From: the human T2T-CHM13v2.0 reference genome, Homo sapiens
Assembly: GCF_009914755.1 (NCBI RefSeq)
Contig: NC_060925.1
Length of the DNA stretch: 64,000 nucleotides
Strand: one strand, 5' to 3'
Shown here: positions 14,161-33,387 of the stretch, piece after piece
How the letters are laid out: each line of letters begins with the position of its first letter
How positions within the stretch are numbered: the stretch's first letter is position 1
The notes under the pieces: model-generated
Told to the model about the DNA's origin: nothing
The model's input: the letters and a program-made list of their open reading frames with translations, nothing else
The model's database searches: none
Translations under genes and position numbers: made by a program

Positions 14161-15640
14161 AAAAGTTTATATAACCTGGAAAACAGCCTCATCTTTTACC
14201 TTATTGATGACTCTCCATAACCAGCCTGAAGTATTTCTTTTCCTCTGCATTTAGTGTAGGGACAAGAGTTCTTTTTGTGTGGTGACCCTGCTTAGATTTG
14301 TATTAGAGTAACATTCTTCATCCAGAGTTGTTCACTGACTTTCTCCCTGGGGACCTCAATAGGGTGTGAATTCCTGAGAGAAATGTTTGCATTCTGTGGT
14401 GAGTTGGTTTCTCAGTATTATTTTTGAAAAGGAAAATAAATCAAGTAGCTTAACTTGCAACAAATACTTCAATAACAGAGTGTTATGGTGAATCTGTGGA
14501 TTTGGATGGGAGTCTCTTTATGTGCATTACAAAGGGTCATTGTGTCACATACCTTGCCCGTATCCTGAATAGATCCTCCCACATGCTCAAGCCTCTGGAC
14601 CTAGAGAGGCACTTCTCTCTAACTAACATGGTACCATGTAGTTCAGTATAGTAGTGTGCAAGCAGACAGACTTGAGGAATTAGCATCCAATATTCTTCTC
14701 TTTAGGTTTTAATATTTGGAATTTGTGTTTGTTTCTGTTTTGCTGGCAGCTTTCCTTTCTGATGTTCCCTTTTGTTTGTTTTTAGTAGATTGAATGTGGA
14801 CAGCATTAGGGTAGTTACAGCAGAAAAGCTTGCTTTTGCCCTCTATCTTGACTCAGGATTTAAAGATTTTGTTGACTGAATAAGGAGACCGTGAACAGAA
14901 AAAAGATGACCTCCTCAGCTTTTGTAGAAACACTAAAGAAGACGTTGGAAAGTGGACTTCTTATTTAATAAAGAAAAAAAGAAGGTGATAATGGAAGGCC
15001 AGGGATTCTGGAGTGAGAAAACTGAATATGATACAAAGAAGTCAAAAAGCGGGGAATAATGTGTTCAGAGGGAACGCCTGGCAATTCATTTGGTTTGTGG
15101 TGGGAAGCTTCATTCCGCGAAGAGAGAGTAGCTCAGTGGCTGGAGGTGTTTATAGCCAGATCAGCGTTTCACACCAGCAGTCTGGCCTGGGTCTTTTAGA
15201 GCTGCCAGAAACTGCTCAGAGTTGCACAGATTTCTCAGCCTAGTAGTATGAATTTGGGGCCTGATTCCTATCCCTTTTTCCTCTTTCAGTACTCACTTTG
15301 CGCTCACAGGGTGATCTGAGATCTGAAGATGAATGGCAACGTCTTCGTTTAATAAAGTAGACTTTTATTTGTTGCTTTATGCATCAGGAACATATACAGG
15401 CCATATACGTTCTATATCACTTCTTCCAACCTGTGTAGAAGAATTTGTGCTTCTGACCAAAAATGGTTTTTGCTTCTGTCAACCCTACATAAGTCATTCC
15501 ATCCCACTTTAAGGCATCGCCTACTTCCAGAATGGAGGATTGGCAATGACGTACAAGCAGTACGAATGCTTCTTTTTTTCTTTTTCTTCTCTATTCTTTT
15601 CCAACCTCTTCCTTTTTTTCTGAGTCAAAACTAAATCAGA

Positions 15641-15958
<318 letters not shown>

Positions 15959-16140
15959 AACTGAATCAGTAGTAGAAAAATCTTGTTTTGACTTGAAAAT
16001 TGAGCAGGTTAGATCAGAAGTAATAAAAGTGGAAATCCAAGAGGTCATTCTTAGCCCAGAGTTGCTTTTTTGCCCAGGACTTGTCAGTTACGGAATTGTT
16101 ATTTCTTTTCATTTTTAGGGGTTCTTTTTTTGGTCTAGCC

Positions 16141-16460
16141 CCAGGGCTGGTGACCTTTGGCCTGCTTGGCCAAATCCAGTCCACTGCCTGTTTTTGTATG
16201 GCCTGCAAGCTGAGAGTGGATTTCACATTTTTAAATGATTGGAAGGAACAAAAGAAGAACAATATTTTGTGACACATGAAAATTATGTGAAATTCAAATT
16301 TCAGTGCACATAAATAAAGTTCTATTGGAACATAGCCGGATTCATTTGTTTACATACTATCTATGGCTGCTTTTGTGCTACAATGGCAGAATTGAGTAGT
16401 TGTGACAGAGACTTTATGGCCTGCAAAGCCTCATAAATATTTACTATCTGGCCAACCCCT
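16141..16460 (+). mobile_element. MER58B-like hAT-Charlie DNA transposon
   Basis: ccaaatccagtccactgcctgtttttgtatggcc...aataaagttctattggaaca...aaatatttactatctggcc. Confidence 0.8.
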
Positions 16461-18006
16461 ACTCTGGACCCTTAAGCCAAACTTTTCCTACTTTTCGGAG
16501 TATTGTCAATTATCTCTTACTTCCTTATTGGTTTAGAGAAGGTGCAGAAATGCAGACACTATTCTACATTTCTTTTCAATTAGCTAGGGATTTTGGAATT
16601 GTGCAGTGGACTCCTAAGGAAACACTGCAGGAAGAATATGGGTGAGACAGTGGTGAGGAAGTAGGAATTATCTCATGAAATTTAAAATCAAATATCATTT
16701 TCATCCCTTTCCAAAAATCCTTAAAATGGGACATCTATGTGGGTTTTAGAAAGAGAAAAAAAAAATGTTGGTTCTGAACAGAATCCTACTGACTATTCTT
16801 AGAGCCTCCTTCAGGCCCTCTCCAATAAAAATATGGAAACTCAAAATAAGGTCACTCACATCAATTGACACCTTAATTTTGTGACTTTTTAGTTTTCCTC
16901 AAGATGTTTTCTTGACCAAGTTAAGAATCAAAATCATTTTCCTTGATGTTCAAACTTTCTAAAGATTTTGATTAGTGGGTGTTCAATTACCTGTTTATAC
17001 TTGGGGAAATTGAGGCTAAGACAAGTACACTAACTCAACTGTAGTAATAGCGACTAGTAGAGATAGAAGTACATACTCAGTACTCCAGAGCTTGCTCTAG
17101 AGGACTGCCTTTTATCTTTTGAAGGTGAATTTGATGGTATCCCTGAGAATTTTTTGCTTTTCTTGAGATTCTCAGTTATCTTTCACTCTTTGAAGGATTT
17201 CAATTTCCTGACTTGGAAACATCTGAAAAAGAGAGGAAGGTGCCTTGTTTTTTCATTCCCACTCCTGTGAAAGAAGTACAGGAGGGGAAAGACTTGGGGC
17301 AGACAAAAAGGGAAATCTCTGAAACTAGAGAAAACTCAAACAAATTGTGGCCAGCCGAGTCAGCATTCCTCACCCACAGTTGGTCCTAATTAAGGAGACT
17401 CCCGTTAAACAGCTCAACTTTCTGCTCTTTCTTCTTGCTCTGGCCCTGCCAGCTGACATGGCAAAGCTTTAACCGACGGCTTGGAAACAGTCTCTCATGT
17501 CTTTCCTTCTATATTCTCACTTCTCTGTCTCTCCTCTACTACCCTGCAATTACCCTTTCCCACATTAAGATCCCAATAAAATATATTGATACCTCTAATC
17601 CAATTGCATCCATTTTGTTCCACAAAGTGCTATCCAAGCTGTTTGCAGGGCTGAATACTTGTGTATCATGTCATTACAGGAGCACATATAGAGCCTGATT
17701 TCATCACAGAAAGATGGAATTTCTCCGGGATTATTTCGCTGCCAAGTCCAAGCAGCAATGATAATTCCTTCCACTTTGCCTGACTCCTTGATTTTCTCAA
17801 TCCATAGCTTCTACTGTGCCTAGCAGATGGATTCGGGTATTTAATTTTCCTATAATAACCTATGATATCATGATTTAAAAAAATCTGATGGCAGTAAATC
17901 TGAATTGAAAACTAGCCTGAATCATAGAGGTGGTCAATATCCAATGTAGTTCAATGGGGGATATTGACATGTAGATAAAATAAGCTTATTTTCGTAACTT
18001 AATGGT

Positions 18007-18394
18007 TGTGGTAGTCTGCTCAAGCTGACATAACAAAATACCACAGGGCAGGTGGCTTAAACAATAGAAGTTTATTTTCTCACAGTTCCGAAGCCCAGCA
18101 GTGCAAAATCAAGGTGCCATCTGGGTTGGTTTCTGATGAGGCCTCTCTTCCTGGCTGTAGACAGCCACCTTCTCACTGTGTCCTCACATGGCCTTAACTG
18201 TGCACACACAGAAAGAGAGCTCTCTGGTGTCTCCTTTTTCTTATAAGGACACGAGTCCTATCAGATGAGAGCTCCACTCTTATAAGATCATTTAATCTTA
18301 ATTACCTCCCTGAACGCCCCATCTCCAAATACAGTCACTGGGAGTTACAGCTGTAACACATACACTTGGGGGGAACATAATTTATTCCATAACA
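18007..18394 (-). mobile_element. MLT1 (ERVL-MaLR) solo LTR
   Basis: TG...CA ends, 5-bp TSD atggt (18002, 18395), taacaaaataccacag..ggtggcttaaacaa..tctcacagttc MLT1 hallmark. Confidence 0.85.
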
Positions 18395-19150
18395 ATGGTC
18401 TAAATTTAAGAAACTCTCTTAACCTTAGGGCAAAAATTCAATGCCAGAATCAAGAAAGCAATGCCTAAAGCAGGGTGTTAGGAGGCAAGATGATAATTTA
18501 AAGAAAATTTTCTGAGTCATAGACACATTTGAGAATCTGAAAGTATGATCAGATACCAGAAGATTGCACATGCATAGAATTTTATGTATAACTGCAAGGG
18601 CATTCGGTTCTCCAGACCAGTTACTTTTCTTTTGCCACTGGCAAGATGGCGTCTGTGAAGAACAAGCACAGAAATGCATGGCTTTATTCTGACTGAGTGG
18701 GGTTCTGCCTAGGTCTGGACCTATGGCCCTATTGCCACCATTAAAAACACTTGAACCTTTATCAGAAAGGAGAGTGAGCTAAAGTGGGTATGCTGAAGGT
18801 GGCTAGAACTTCAGCAAGGAAGCCTTGAGGTGAACTAGATTTAGAACCAAGCAGACAAGTTTTCACACTTTTCCATTATATTAAGAATCATCAGAAATAA
18901 CAGAAGTCCTTTCTCTATGGGCACATTAGGGTGGCCTTTTATATTCTTGGAGGTGCCATGTCCCTGTGTTTATTTGCTTTAACTCCTTTCTAAGTGCCAT
19001 ACAGAACTCTGTCAGTCACTATAACTGAGTGACTTAAAAGAAAAAGGCAATGGTGGAAATCTATTATTTCAGCATCGAACAGAATGATCAAGGTACAGTA
19101 GAGCATTGGAGTATAATTTTCTTGGATGGGTTTGATCTTCAGGAAATATT

Positions 19151-19464
<314 letters not shown>

Positions 19465-20544
19465 CAGGAAATATTTACAAAATTCGTGGTAGTAATCTTC
19501 ATAATCTTCCCAGTTGGGTTTGAGTAAGAATTCATTACCTAGGTGTTGCAACAGATACTCTAAAATGGTAGCCTCCAAAATTGTGATGACTATTTTTTCT
19601 GATTTTTTAATAACGCCATGTAACCAGTCTGTAGGATTTAAATCTGAATTTGGGCTTCCCTAGCTATGGTCCATTCATTAAATTAGCTTCAGCATTTGAG
19701 AATTGAACAAATTAATCAGATAGTTCTGTGATTGAAACTAGAGTTTAGGAAATGTCTTTTAAAAGTTATTGAAACCATTTGTTTTCTTATAGGACTGGAA
19801 TTGTAAGAGCTTACTGCCAATATATCAAGGGGCCAAATAAATTTTCCTGATTGCACATATCCTCCAATTTCATATAAGACTCTGATTACCTTGTTCTTTA
19901 AAGTCCTTTCTTCTTGGTGATTTTTACCCTTGATTAAGACTTGGCAAAGCCTTAACTCAAAAAAATTTACATTGGCTTCTTCTCTGCCCCACCCTCTCTT
20001 CCTCTAAATCTCTCACTCTGCGATTCATCCTTTCCTCCCATTGCCTGGCTTTGTTGGCCAGGTCAAGCTAGTTTGCTGTGATCTCTGCCAAACCACAGAC
20101 ATGTAATGAAGCAGACACTGTACTCCCCCTCGCTCTTGGAGTTCTCTAGGGCCACATGGGGATGAGGAGTAGGAGAGGTTACTGACTTTAAGAACTTTGG
20201 CAGTACTTGAACAGAATGTTGGTTTCTCTAGATGGTCTTGATTCATTTTCAAAACTGAGCATCACAAAACTGCCCAATTTCACTCTGACTCTTCTATTAT
20301 CTTTTTTTTAAAAATCACTTATCCTCTTTAACCTCTTGAATGGTCTCCGAGGACTATGGCTCATAATTTCAATGTTTGCACCTAAAAATGTTACCACATT
20401 TGTTGCCATCAAAGGGATCAGCTGAAGTTTAACTGCAAACCGTAGCTTTCTCAGGTCATGGACCAAATGTAACTACTGTAGCAGCTAAAGAACTCCAGCT
20501 CTTTAAAGCGGACATTTCATTGACCAAAAGTTTCCTGTTTAGGA

Positions 20545-21470
<926 letters not shown>

Positions 21471-21808
21471 GTCACCAACGTCTTAACAAAGGAGTCCACT
21501 TGCTGCAGGGACCAGAGATGGAACATCACTTGCTAATTTTCTCATTAGGGATCACATCTCCATGACTGTCTGAGTGACCTTTGGGGAAGTATGGATTATG
21601 AACTGAGTGGCTCACCTCCAGGAATGGGTCTGAAGAAAGCATAAAAGACCATTGAAGAATGGGATATCTTTGGAACTTTGGATTGAGGAAAGTCCAAAAC
21701 ATATTCCCTTGTTCAGATGTACCAAACTAGTCTTAGACTGGGACAGGTTGTCATTTCTTTCATTTGACTTGGATTTTTGTAACTTGGTCTCTCCCTATTA
21801 AGAGTTTA

Positions 21809-22430
<622 letters not shown>

Positions 22431-24289
22431 GAGTTTAGAATCCACAACCACAGTTTTGTAGCAAACAAGTGCTAAAGTGTAGACCAAACACAAAAATAAA
22501 TATATTTGATGTTGAATCATATGAAAGTGCCCAGGTTTGACCAATTTTTTACCTATAAGATTGGCAATTTCACGTGGTTTAACATAATACATTTTATCAT
22601 AGATAGCAAGAGTATTCTTAAAGTAGCAAGCAAGGAAAGCTATATCTTAGCTTTAATCTGGTGTAGTTCCAAGAAAGCTATGGAAAATTTCAAGACTAGA
22701 GCAAATATTAGGAATGCATTCTGGTCTATAGTAGTGTATTCTTTGAGATCAGCTCAGTCCATTTCTAGCCAATAAGGTTAGCCTCTTCAAGAGGACAGAT
22801 TAGTTTTGAGTCTGTATGTATTTAATTCTAACTTGGACTGATTCCACTTCCAGCTTTATGTGCTCTTTGCCCTGTCTCCTTAAAATTATCAAGAATAATT
22901 TGAGTATCAGGGGCAAATGTCATGAGATATCGCTGGCTGCAGAACCATCTAATGACAGCCTTATCTAAAACACTTGCACTATGAAAAATGTTCTTTTTAT
23001 TTTGATCCATAGACATTCTAGCCCTTGGCAAACCTAGAACTGGGCTCATCACATTTGCTAGCCTCCTACTTATCTTGGTTTTCAGATTACTCTCAGTCCC
23101 TGGGTCAAATTCACACTTTGTCACTGTTGTCTATTTCACTGCCTAACCTAGGTCACCATCCATCAACTCTAGCAAGTGAGACAATATCAAGAGTTGTGAT
23201 TATTGATGCTCTTTTACCGCTCTGCCCCATTTGATGTTTGTATATTTGATAGAATACAGTGCATACCTAGTTGGTATAGTGATGGGGACTGAAAAGCCCT
23301 CCAACTCTGAGTCTGGCTTTTTTTCATGATTGATTTGGGGATTTGTTTCCATGAAGTAGGGTACATTTTGTGGCCAAATAGCTTCCTGCTGTCTTGGAAC
23401 CTGTTTCCAGTTTAGATGATAAAGTTAGTTATTCTCTTTCCTATATGAGGAAGCAAGAAGTCCTAGGTATCCCCTAGGCTTCCAATTCCATAAACTCTAC
23501 TGGAAGTAAAAATAATTATAAGAGAAGAAAAAGAAAAAAAAGAAAACTCTCAGCTGTTAAAACCAGCCTATTGTACCGCAGATATTTCTCCACTCTCAGA
23601 AGAGAAAGTAGAGTTCCATGTATACAGCTCTTATGCATTAAGTAGTAAATAGAGAAATAGTTACTGATTCGCAAGGCATATATATTCTGGACAGAAGAAC
23701 AGATTCAGTGTTCAAGTCTGACTTTTAAGAACCATGCTGTGCTACAGAAGCAATAAGGATTTTTTCCTATGTAGTCACAAGCTGGTCCACTCTTCCAGTT
23801 AGTTAGCCCACACCCTTGGCCCTCTGGCTGCCTGCAGGCTCCCTTGGCTATTCAAGTTCCATGGAATAGCTGGGCCTAAAATGTGGGGAGCAGACGGTGT
23901 GAGAGAAGTCTGGGAGGGGTAGCCAATCCTAGCCAAGAACTACGTTAGTGTTGGTGCTTTTCCCAGAGGGGAGGAGTGTTTCCTGCCCCATGCATTGCCA
24001 CGTGTCTGCACAGACACAAACAGAGCAGTGTTCAGTTGAGCTGGCCTCTCCACAGTCCCTCTTTTCATCCTACAGAGGAGATGGATGCATCAGAGTGTTC
24101 CTTAGACTATGGTATCAGTGCTAGGAAGTGGGCAAGAAAACAAGAGGAGGAATCAGTTGCCATTCTTAGCAGCCCTAGATGAAGGGCTTTATTTATTCTA
24201 AGAGCACTCAAGGGGCTAATTTATTGAAGGGAATCGTATAGTGTCCTACACTATCACTCTCATCTTAACAACAAGGCTAAGCTGGATAA

Positions 24290-25670
<1,381 letters not shown>

Positions 25671-26521
25671 TAAATTCCCCCAACCCCAAAGCAAGGATTA
25701 CATTTATAAACAAATTACTAGTTATTCTTGGAGAATATATAAATAGCAGCTCCAAAATCTTAACCTTTTTCCTGAAGTTATGCATTCTTGTTTTCATATA
25801 AGCAATGAGTGAGTGCCCACTGTATACAAGATATTGTATGAGGGGTACGAAGAAGCATAAGATTTAATCCTAACCTTCAGGGAAATATAGTCTAGTGAAA
25901 AGATGTGTGGACATAACTATTTCAAGGCAGACCACTCTAACAGAAGTATAGATATGTCTGTAGAAACATAAAAGAGAATGGGATTTTTCTGGCAAGGAGG
26001 ATCATGGAAAGCCTCATGGAAGACTTGGCATTTGATCTGGAAATGGAAAATGCCTATGTGAAATATGAACAGATAGGGCTTATGTCCACTGATGTCAGAT
26101 CCCTGGGATAATGCCAGGACTCCAGAGACTTCAGCAGCACACAGATCACTGCATAGTGGTGTGAGGACCGGCTCCTCATGCAGGTCTGTATTTCTAAAAG
26201 GAAATTAGGCAAGACAGCTGGTCACCTAATAGGAATCCTGGGGAACATAGGAAGTAGGAGTGGGATGGGAGTGGAGAAAAGTGGATAAAGCATTATGTTT
26301 ATCAGTATTGTAACATGGTAAAGTCATATTTCTGGATTTTATTGGAGATGAAATCATTCCTTCCTCTGTATTGCTTTATGTATGTTGTCTATACCTCTGT
26401 CATGGATTTATTTCATTTATACACCTTTCTCCATCCTTGGGTTATACGCTCATTCTGGATAGCCACTTATTTTGAATGCCCATAGCAACTGATACCATGC
26501 ATTATAAATACTAGGAGCTTG

Positions 26522-26939
<418 letters not shown>

Positions 26940-26984
26940 TTAATGATGGCTCATGAATAATCTTGATAAATGGGCTGTAGAATG

Positions 26985-27119
26985 TTTTTTAAAAAATACA
27001 CAGAGACAGGGTCTCACTATGTTGCCCAGGCTGGTCTCAAACTCCTGGCCTTAAGCAATCCTCCCTCCTCAGCCTCCCAAAGTGCTACGATTACTGGTGT
27101 AAACCATCATGCCCAGCCA
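26985..27119 (-). mobile_element. Alu left monomer (FLAM-like)
   Basis: Antisense left arm; TSD ggctg(t/c)agaat. Confidence 0.75.
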
Positions 27120-28278
27120 GGCTGCAGAATTTTTATTTTATCATGTCAGTAACAGAGAGCTAATGAAGGTTTTGCTAAGTGCCACACTTTTGGGTGATTA
27201 GGCTTCTGATTATATTCAGTGCATGTTAGAGGGAGGGAGGAGTAGAACTGATAAGAAGTCTTTCACAGTGGCTCAAGTGAGAGGACATTAGGCTCTGAAC
27301 CAGAGCAAAGGCAGGGGAAAGTTAAAGGAAGAGACAGATTTGAAAGGAAAGTGGTAATACAATCAATGATGTGTTACAGTCTTGATGAGGAGGGGGAGGA
27401 AAAAGGAGTTGAAGACATACCTAAGTTTTTGATAGAGCAATGAGGGGAAAAGGTGATGCTTTTTAGTGGAAATAGGGAATGAGACGTGTAAATTTTGGAG
27501 GGTAGACTAGATGATATGAGGAGAATAGTAAGTGGGAAAATAAGTATCCCATGGAGAAAGTTCTTTAATTTACCTCTATAATCTGTTATAGCTCCCTTGA
27601 AATATCCGTTGACAAGGTTCTTCATCTTCATTGTCCTGTTATATCTGACTCAATCTCTCATATGCTCATTCAGACTCATTTCCTCTCTGTTCTGGGGGTA
27701 GATGAAAATGACAAAGTGCCATTGTTCTTATAAGAACTCGCCCCAAATAAAAACTTTTGACACCATTTCTGTCGTACATCAGTAGCCTGTTGGTGGTTGT
27801 TTGGATTTGTAGATTAGATTATACAGGGTTATTGAGGTCTCTGCATTCTTTGTTGTTTTCACCTCCTCGTGAATTTAGGCCTAGCTTGTTGTTGCCCAGC
27901 TCTCTTTTCTGTACTTGAGATCTATGTGAGAAACAAATATAAAGAGAAATGGGAGGGAGACAGCAAAATCCAGCTTAGAGTGAGCAAAGAAATTCTTTCT
28001 GCCAAACAACAGATGCAGTAGCCCTGCATAACTCTGAGCCCTGTCCTCTTTACTTTATTCTTTTTGATGCCATATTTAAGCTGCCTTCCTTTCTCCCTGC
28101 TATCTTGAGTGACCAGGCAGTTGCTTTGCAGTACTCTGACTGATGAACTGTAAAATTTGCAAACTCTTCTAAAGACATTCTATTCTTACACCTCAACCAG
28201 TCATATGTTTCAGGATGGACAGTGTCCATCCAGCCTTTTTTCTCCCACAGCTCTTGAGTCTTCAAAAAAAATCATCTA

Positions 28279-28402
28279 GCCCAGGTGCAATGGCTCATGC
28301 CTGTAATTCCAGCTCTTTGGGAGGCTGAGGCAAGAGGATCACTTGAACCCAGGAGTTCATGACCAGCCCGGGCAACATAGCAAGACCCCATCTCAAAAAA
28401 AA
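28279..28402 (+). mobile_element. Alu left monomer (FLAM_C-like)
   Basis: Single left arm followed by an A tail. Confidence 0.75.
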
Positions 28403-28599
28403 TATTATCTAGATGGTTTCTTCTGCCTCTGTGTAATTTGACTTTGGAACTCCAAAGCTAATGTCTCGTCACCTCTCTCTACTCAAAGGCTACCCATCAG
28501 GATATCTTATCCAAAAGAGTCACTTAGGATATATTTCACATATTTCACAACTACCACAAAAGTTAAATGAAAATAAAGCGTTTTTCTTTTCATAAGTCA

Positions 28600-31050
28600 T
28601 AAAACCACAAAGACAAAGAATAGGAGAAGAAAGAGATAATAGTGATGAGATCATGGGAAGCTGGAAATCAGACTGGCAAGTATGAACTGGTGGATCAGAC
28701 TTAAAGTCGAATCCTGAGCCAGCAGTGGAGGAAGTGGGGCAGCAACTCAATTTGCACCCCAGAATCCTCAAAAAGCTTCATAATTGGTGGCATCAGGTAG
28801 GTTTAATAGGGGAAGAGGTAAGTCTAAAAACAAGAGGACTGGTTGAAAATTTATAGAAAAAACACTTAGACTCTCAGATTCTCCCCTCCATTCCCCTCCA
28901 TCTGCTCCCAAAGGGGGAGCCCTTTCCCTCCATTAACAGAAGACTGGAGACATTTTCTGGAGAGAGTAAAACAGGTAGTCTCTGGACTGGTGGACTCCTG
29001 ACACAAGTGAGGGCATAGATTTTAAACTAAAACAAGGGAGAGGGGAATAAATAAAACTTTGCATATTGAATGTTGAAAGCTCCAGGCTCTTCTCTAACTC
29101 AGCTCGTAGAATGCTGGTCTTACATGCTGCAGGCTGGAGTTTGGAAGACTCACCTCTAGGAAATCTGACCAACCCATGAGAAAAAACTTAAATGAATCAG
29201 TCCAATCTCATCTCCCTATACTGAAGCCATAGTTGACAAGTCCTACTGCATGTGCACAAAGGTTCTCAATAACTTATAATGAGTGTCCCAGTCTTCCATA
29301 TAAGCAAACAGCCAAGCTTCATCACACATCTCAGAAGGTCTATAACACGAAGTCCCGCCAGTACAAACAGAACAAAGCAACTTGGAACCAGAAACTATGC
29401 AAGGACATTGGAAACCTGCCCCTCCAAATGAATGAGTGAATGAATGTCTCCGAGAGTTGAAAAAGAGATTGTATCCTTGAAAGAAAGAACAGTATGCTGT
29501 TTAAAATTTTTTAAAGAAGCCTTGGAAATTTAAAATATGGTAGAAGCCTGGGCGCAGTGGCTCGCAACTGTAATCCCAGCACTTTGGGAGGCTGAGGAGG
29601 GAAGATTGCTTGAAGCCAGGAGTTTGAGACCAGCCTGAACAACATAGTGAGACCCTGGCTCTACAAAAATTTTAAAGTTAGCTGGGCATGGTAGCACACG
29701 CCTATAATCCCAGCTACTCGGGAAACTGAAGCAGAAAGATCACTTGAGCCCAGGAGTTTGAGGCTGCAGTGAACTATGGTGCATCACCACACTCTAGCCT
29801 GGGTAAGAATACAAGATCCCGTCTCTAAAATATACATATACATATATACAATACCCATACATACATTTATGTGTATATATATGTATGTCTATATATTTAT
29901 ATGTGTGTGTACCTATATATGTATGTGTGATAGAAGAAATGAAAAACTTAATAGAAAGGATGGAAGATAAAATTGAGGCCATTGCTCAAAAAGTAGAGTT
30001 TAGCAGCCAGGCTGGCTCAAGCCAGTAATCCCAGCACTTTGGGAGCCCCAGGTGGGAGGATCACTTGAGACCAGCCTGGGCAACATAAGGAGACCCTGAC
30101 TCTACAAAAAAAAAAAAAAAAAAAAAAAGTTCGGGCATGGTGGTTCACGCCTATAATCCCAGCACTTTGGGAGGCTTAGGCAGGCAGATGACGAGGTCAA
30201 GAGATCGAGACCATTCTGGCTAACACGGTGAAACCCCATCTCTACTAAATATACAAAAAATTAGCCAGGCATGGCAGCACGCGCCTGTAGTCTCAGCTAC
30301 TCAGGAGGTTGAGGCAGGAGAATCGCTTGAACCCAGGGGACGGAGGTTGCAGTGAGCCCAGATTGCACCACTGCACTCTAGCCTGGGTGACAGAGCAAGA
30401 CTCCATCTCAAAAAAAAAAAAAAAAGAGTTGTTTTTTTTTAAAGGTACTAGAAAATAAGAGAGAAATGTAGAAAATCAGCCAAAAAATCTGTTAACTGAA
30501 TTACAAATACTCTAGAAGAGAGAACTGAAAAATGAAGAGAAAATCATCAAAAAATTTTTGATAAAATTTCTCAAAACTGAAGGTAATGAGTGTGTAGATT
30601 CAAAGCATCCGGTAAAGTACCCAATACGATGGATAAAAAATAACTCCCACACCAAGGCACATCATTAGCGATGTTTCAGTGCACAAGAAGATGCTAAAAG
30701 TTCCAGAGGGGAGACAAAAAAAAACAGGTCACATACAAGGACAAAGAATCAGAAGGGCAACAATAGAAACAGACATAGAACAATGCCTTTAGATTCTGAA
30801 AGAAGATATTTTCAGCTTAGAATTCTGTGGCTACCCAAAATCTCACATGTAAAGATGGAATAAAGACATTTTATGACATGTAAGGTCTTACGAAGTTTAC
30901 TTCCAAAGCACCCCTTTTCAGAAACCTACTGGAAGAGGTACTTCACTGAAACAAGGAGTAAAACAACAAAGAGGAAGACTGAGATTCCAGTTTAAGTCAG
31001 GTATAGAGAATCGCCAGGATAATGAAGTGTGGTCGCATAATGTCAACTAT
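28600..31050 (+). mobile_element. HAL1/old L1M ORF1-like fossil interrupted by Alus (29546-29830, 30008-30128, 30131-30425) and a (TA/TG)n tract (29830-29930)
   Basis: cacaccaaggcacatcatt..caggtcacatacaagga..ttagaattct..aataaagacattt..ctactggaagaggtacttcac..aaagaggaagac. Confidence 0.6.
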
Positions 31051-31352
31051 TCAGCAGATCCAGAGAGCAAACAGCTAGAAGATATATGCATAGGGATATT
31101 TTTGAAGGATGCACAGAAAACTGTTAATAATAGTTACCTTAGAAGTAAAAATGGGAGGGCAAAAAAGGAGCACTTTTCCTTTTTCCTTTATATAATATCT
31201 GGATCCTTATTAGAGCATGTACTATTTCTTTTGTTTTGTTTGTAGTGACAGAGGTCTTGCTTTGTTGCCCAGGCTGGTCTTGAACACCTGGCTTCAAGGA
31301 GGAGTTTTGCACCCAGCCTTTTTTTTTTTTAACAAAAGGTCTTGCTCTGTCA

Positions 31353-31741
<389 letters not shown>

Positions 31742-33029
31742 CTATGCTCTCTTCAGTGGAGCATCTCCAGTGGAGATGCTTAACTCTCATGTAATGACAA
31801 CAGAATTTTCCTTTTCTTCAGAACTTGCAAAAGAATTTTGCTAGGAAGTATTTATATCCTCTAGCCAACCTTCCTTGGTAATTCTAGGCTTATACTTCCT
31901 CACTGCAGGAAAAGAGCTTGGGAAGGAATGTCTTTTGAGCAAGGAGGACCCAAACGCTCTCCTAGAAGATAAATCCCTCTCCTCCATTTCAGTATTAAAC
32001 TTTCCATAAATGTGGGGCAAAGGAAGGTTTCTTTTGGATTTCTGAGCTGCAGCAATCCTCTTTTTGCGAGGGTCCTTCCATAAGAGCTTTCTTTGCCTCA
32101 CGACCTTGATTACCAATAATTAATCTCAGATGAAATATTCAGTGCTACAGGCTTCCTCTGTCTTTGACTTAGAGAACATGCTGAGAATAGTTTGTTTGCT
32201 TGCTTGCCAAAGATCTTATCTTGACCTGGAAGAGCTGATAGGATCATAAAACCAGCATTGATCTTTCCTCAGTATTCTTTCTCTACAAAGTGAGGGGGTA
32301 TGACATCTTAGCCCAGGACAAATGTGAGGTTTAATATACATCAGGAGGAGAAGAGGGGAAGAGGTTGATTGTCATTCAATAACGGCTATATTTCATAGTC
32401 ATAAAATTTAAAGAACTCTGTAGTGTGTTCTAATCCCCATGCTTTCTTTGCTCTTTCTCAATGTATTTGGATAAATCACTACAGAGCAACAAAGCCAAAA
32501 TGTCCAAACCACCCACTTTCCTATTCCCAGCACATGAATTAGAGGGAGCCAGCTGAGATCTGGGCCAACCACTTAGATGACTTGCATGTCTGATTTTTGT
32601 TCCATGATATGAAACTCAGAATAAATCAAAAAGAAAAATTTTTTCAGATAGCAGCTAATTCACACAAAAAAATCTTCAGCCTTTTAGTCCTTGCATATAT
32701 GCAATGCTGATAAACAAACCTACTCTGCACACAGATAACAAGGATTTAGAAGTTAATTCCTACCGGCACAAACAAATACTCATGTATAGCAGTCTTACTG
32801 AACTTCCGTGTTCAGTTTTAGGCTGTAAAACTTGAGTGAAATCTGAAGAACTTTTTAAGGTCCAAAAGGAATTGAGAAAGACTTGGAAAACAGGACCTTT
32901 GAAGAAAGCTTACAGGAGACAGAATTCGAGCTTAGAAAACAATGCATGTGATCGAAAAGAAATGTGAATAGCAAAGATAGAATAAGAGGAAATTAATATA
33001 AATGGTAGAGGAGGCTAGTTTTGAGGCTA

Positions 33030-33387
<358 letters not shown>

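Noticed and set aside
18642-18652. CAAGATGGCG YY1/CTCF-like motif
   Set aside because: Isolated short match lacking the CTCF CCASY half and any promoter context.
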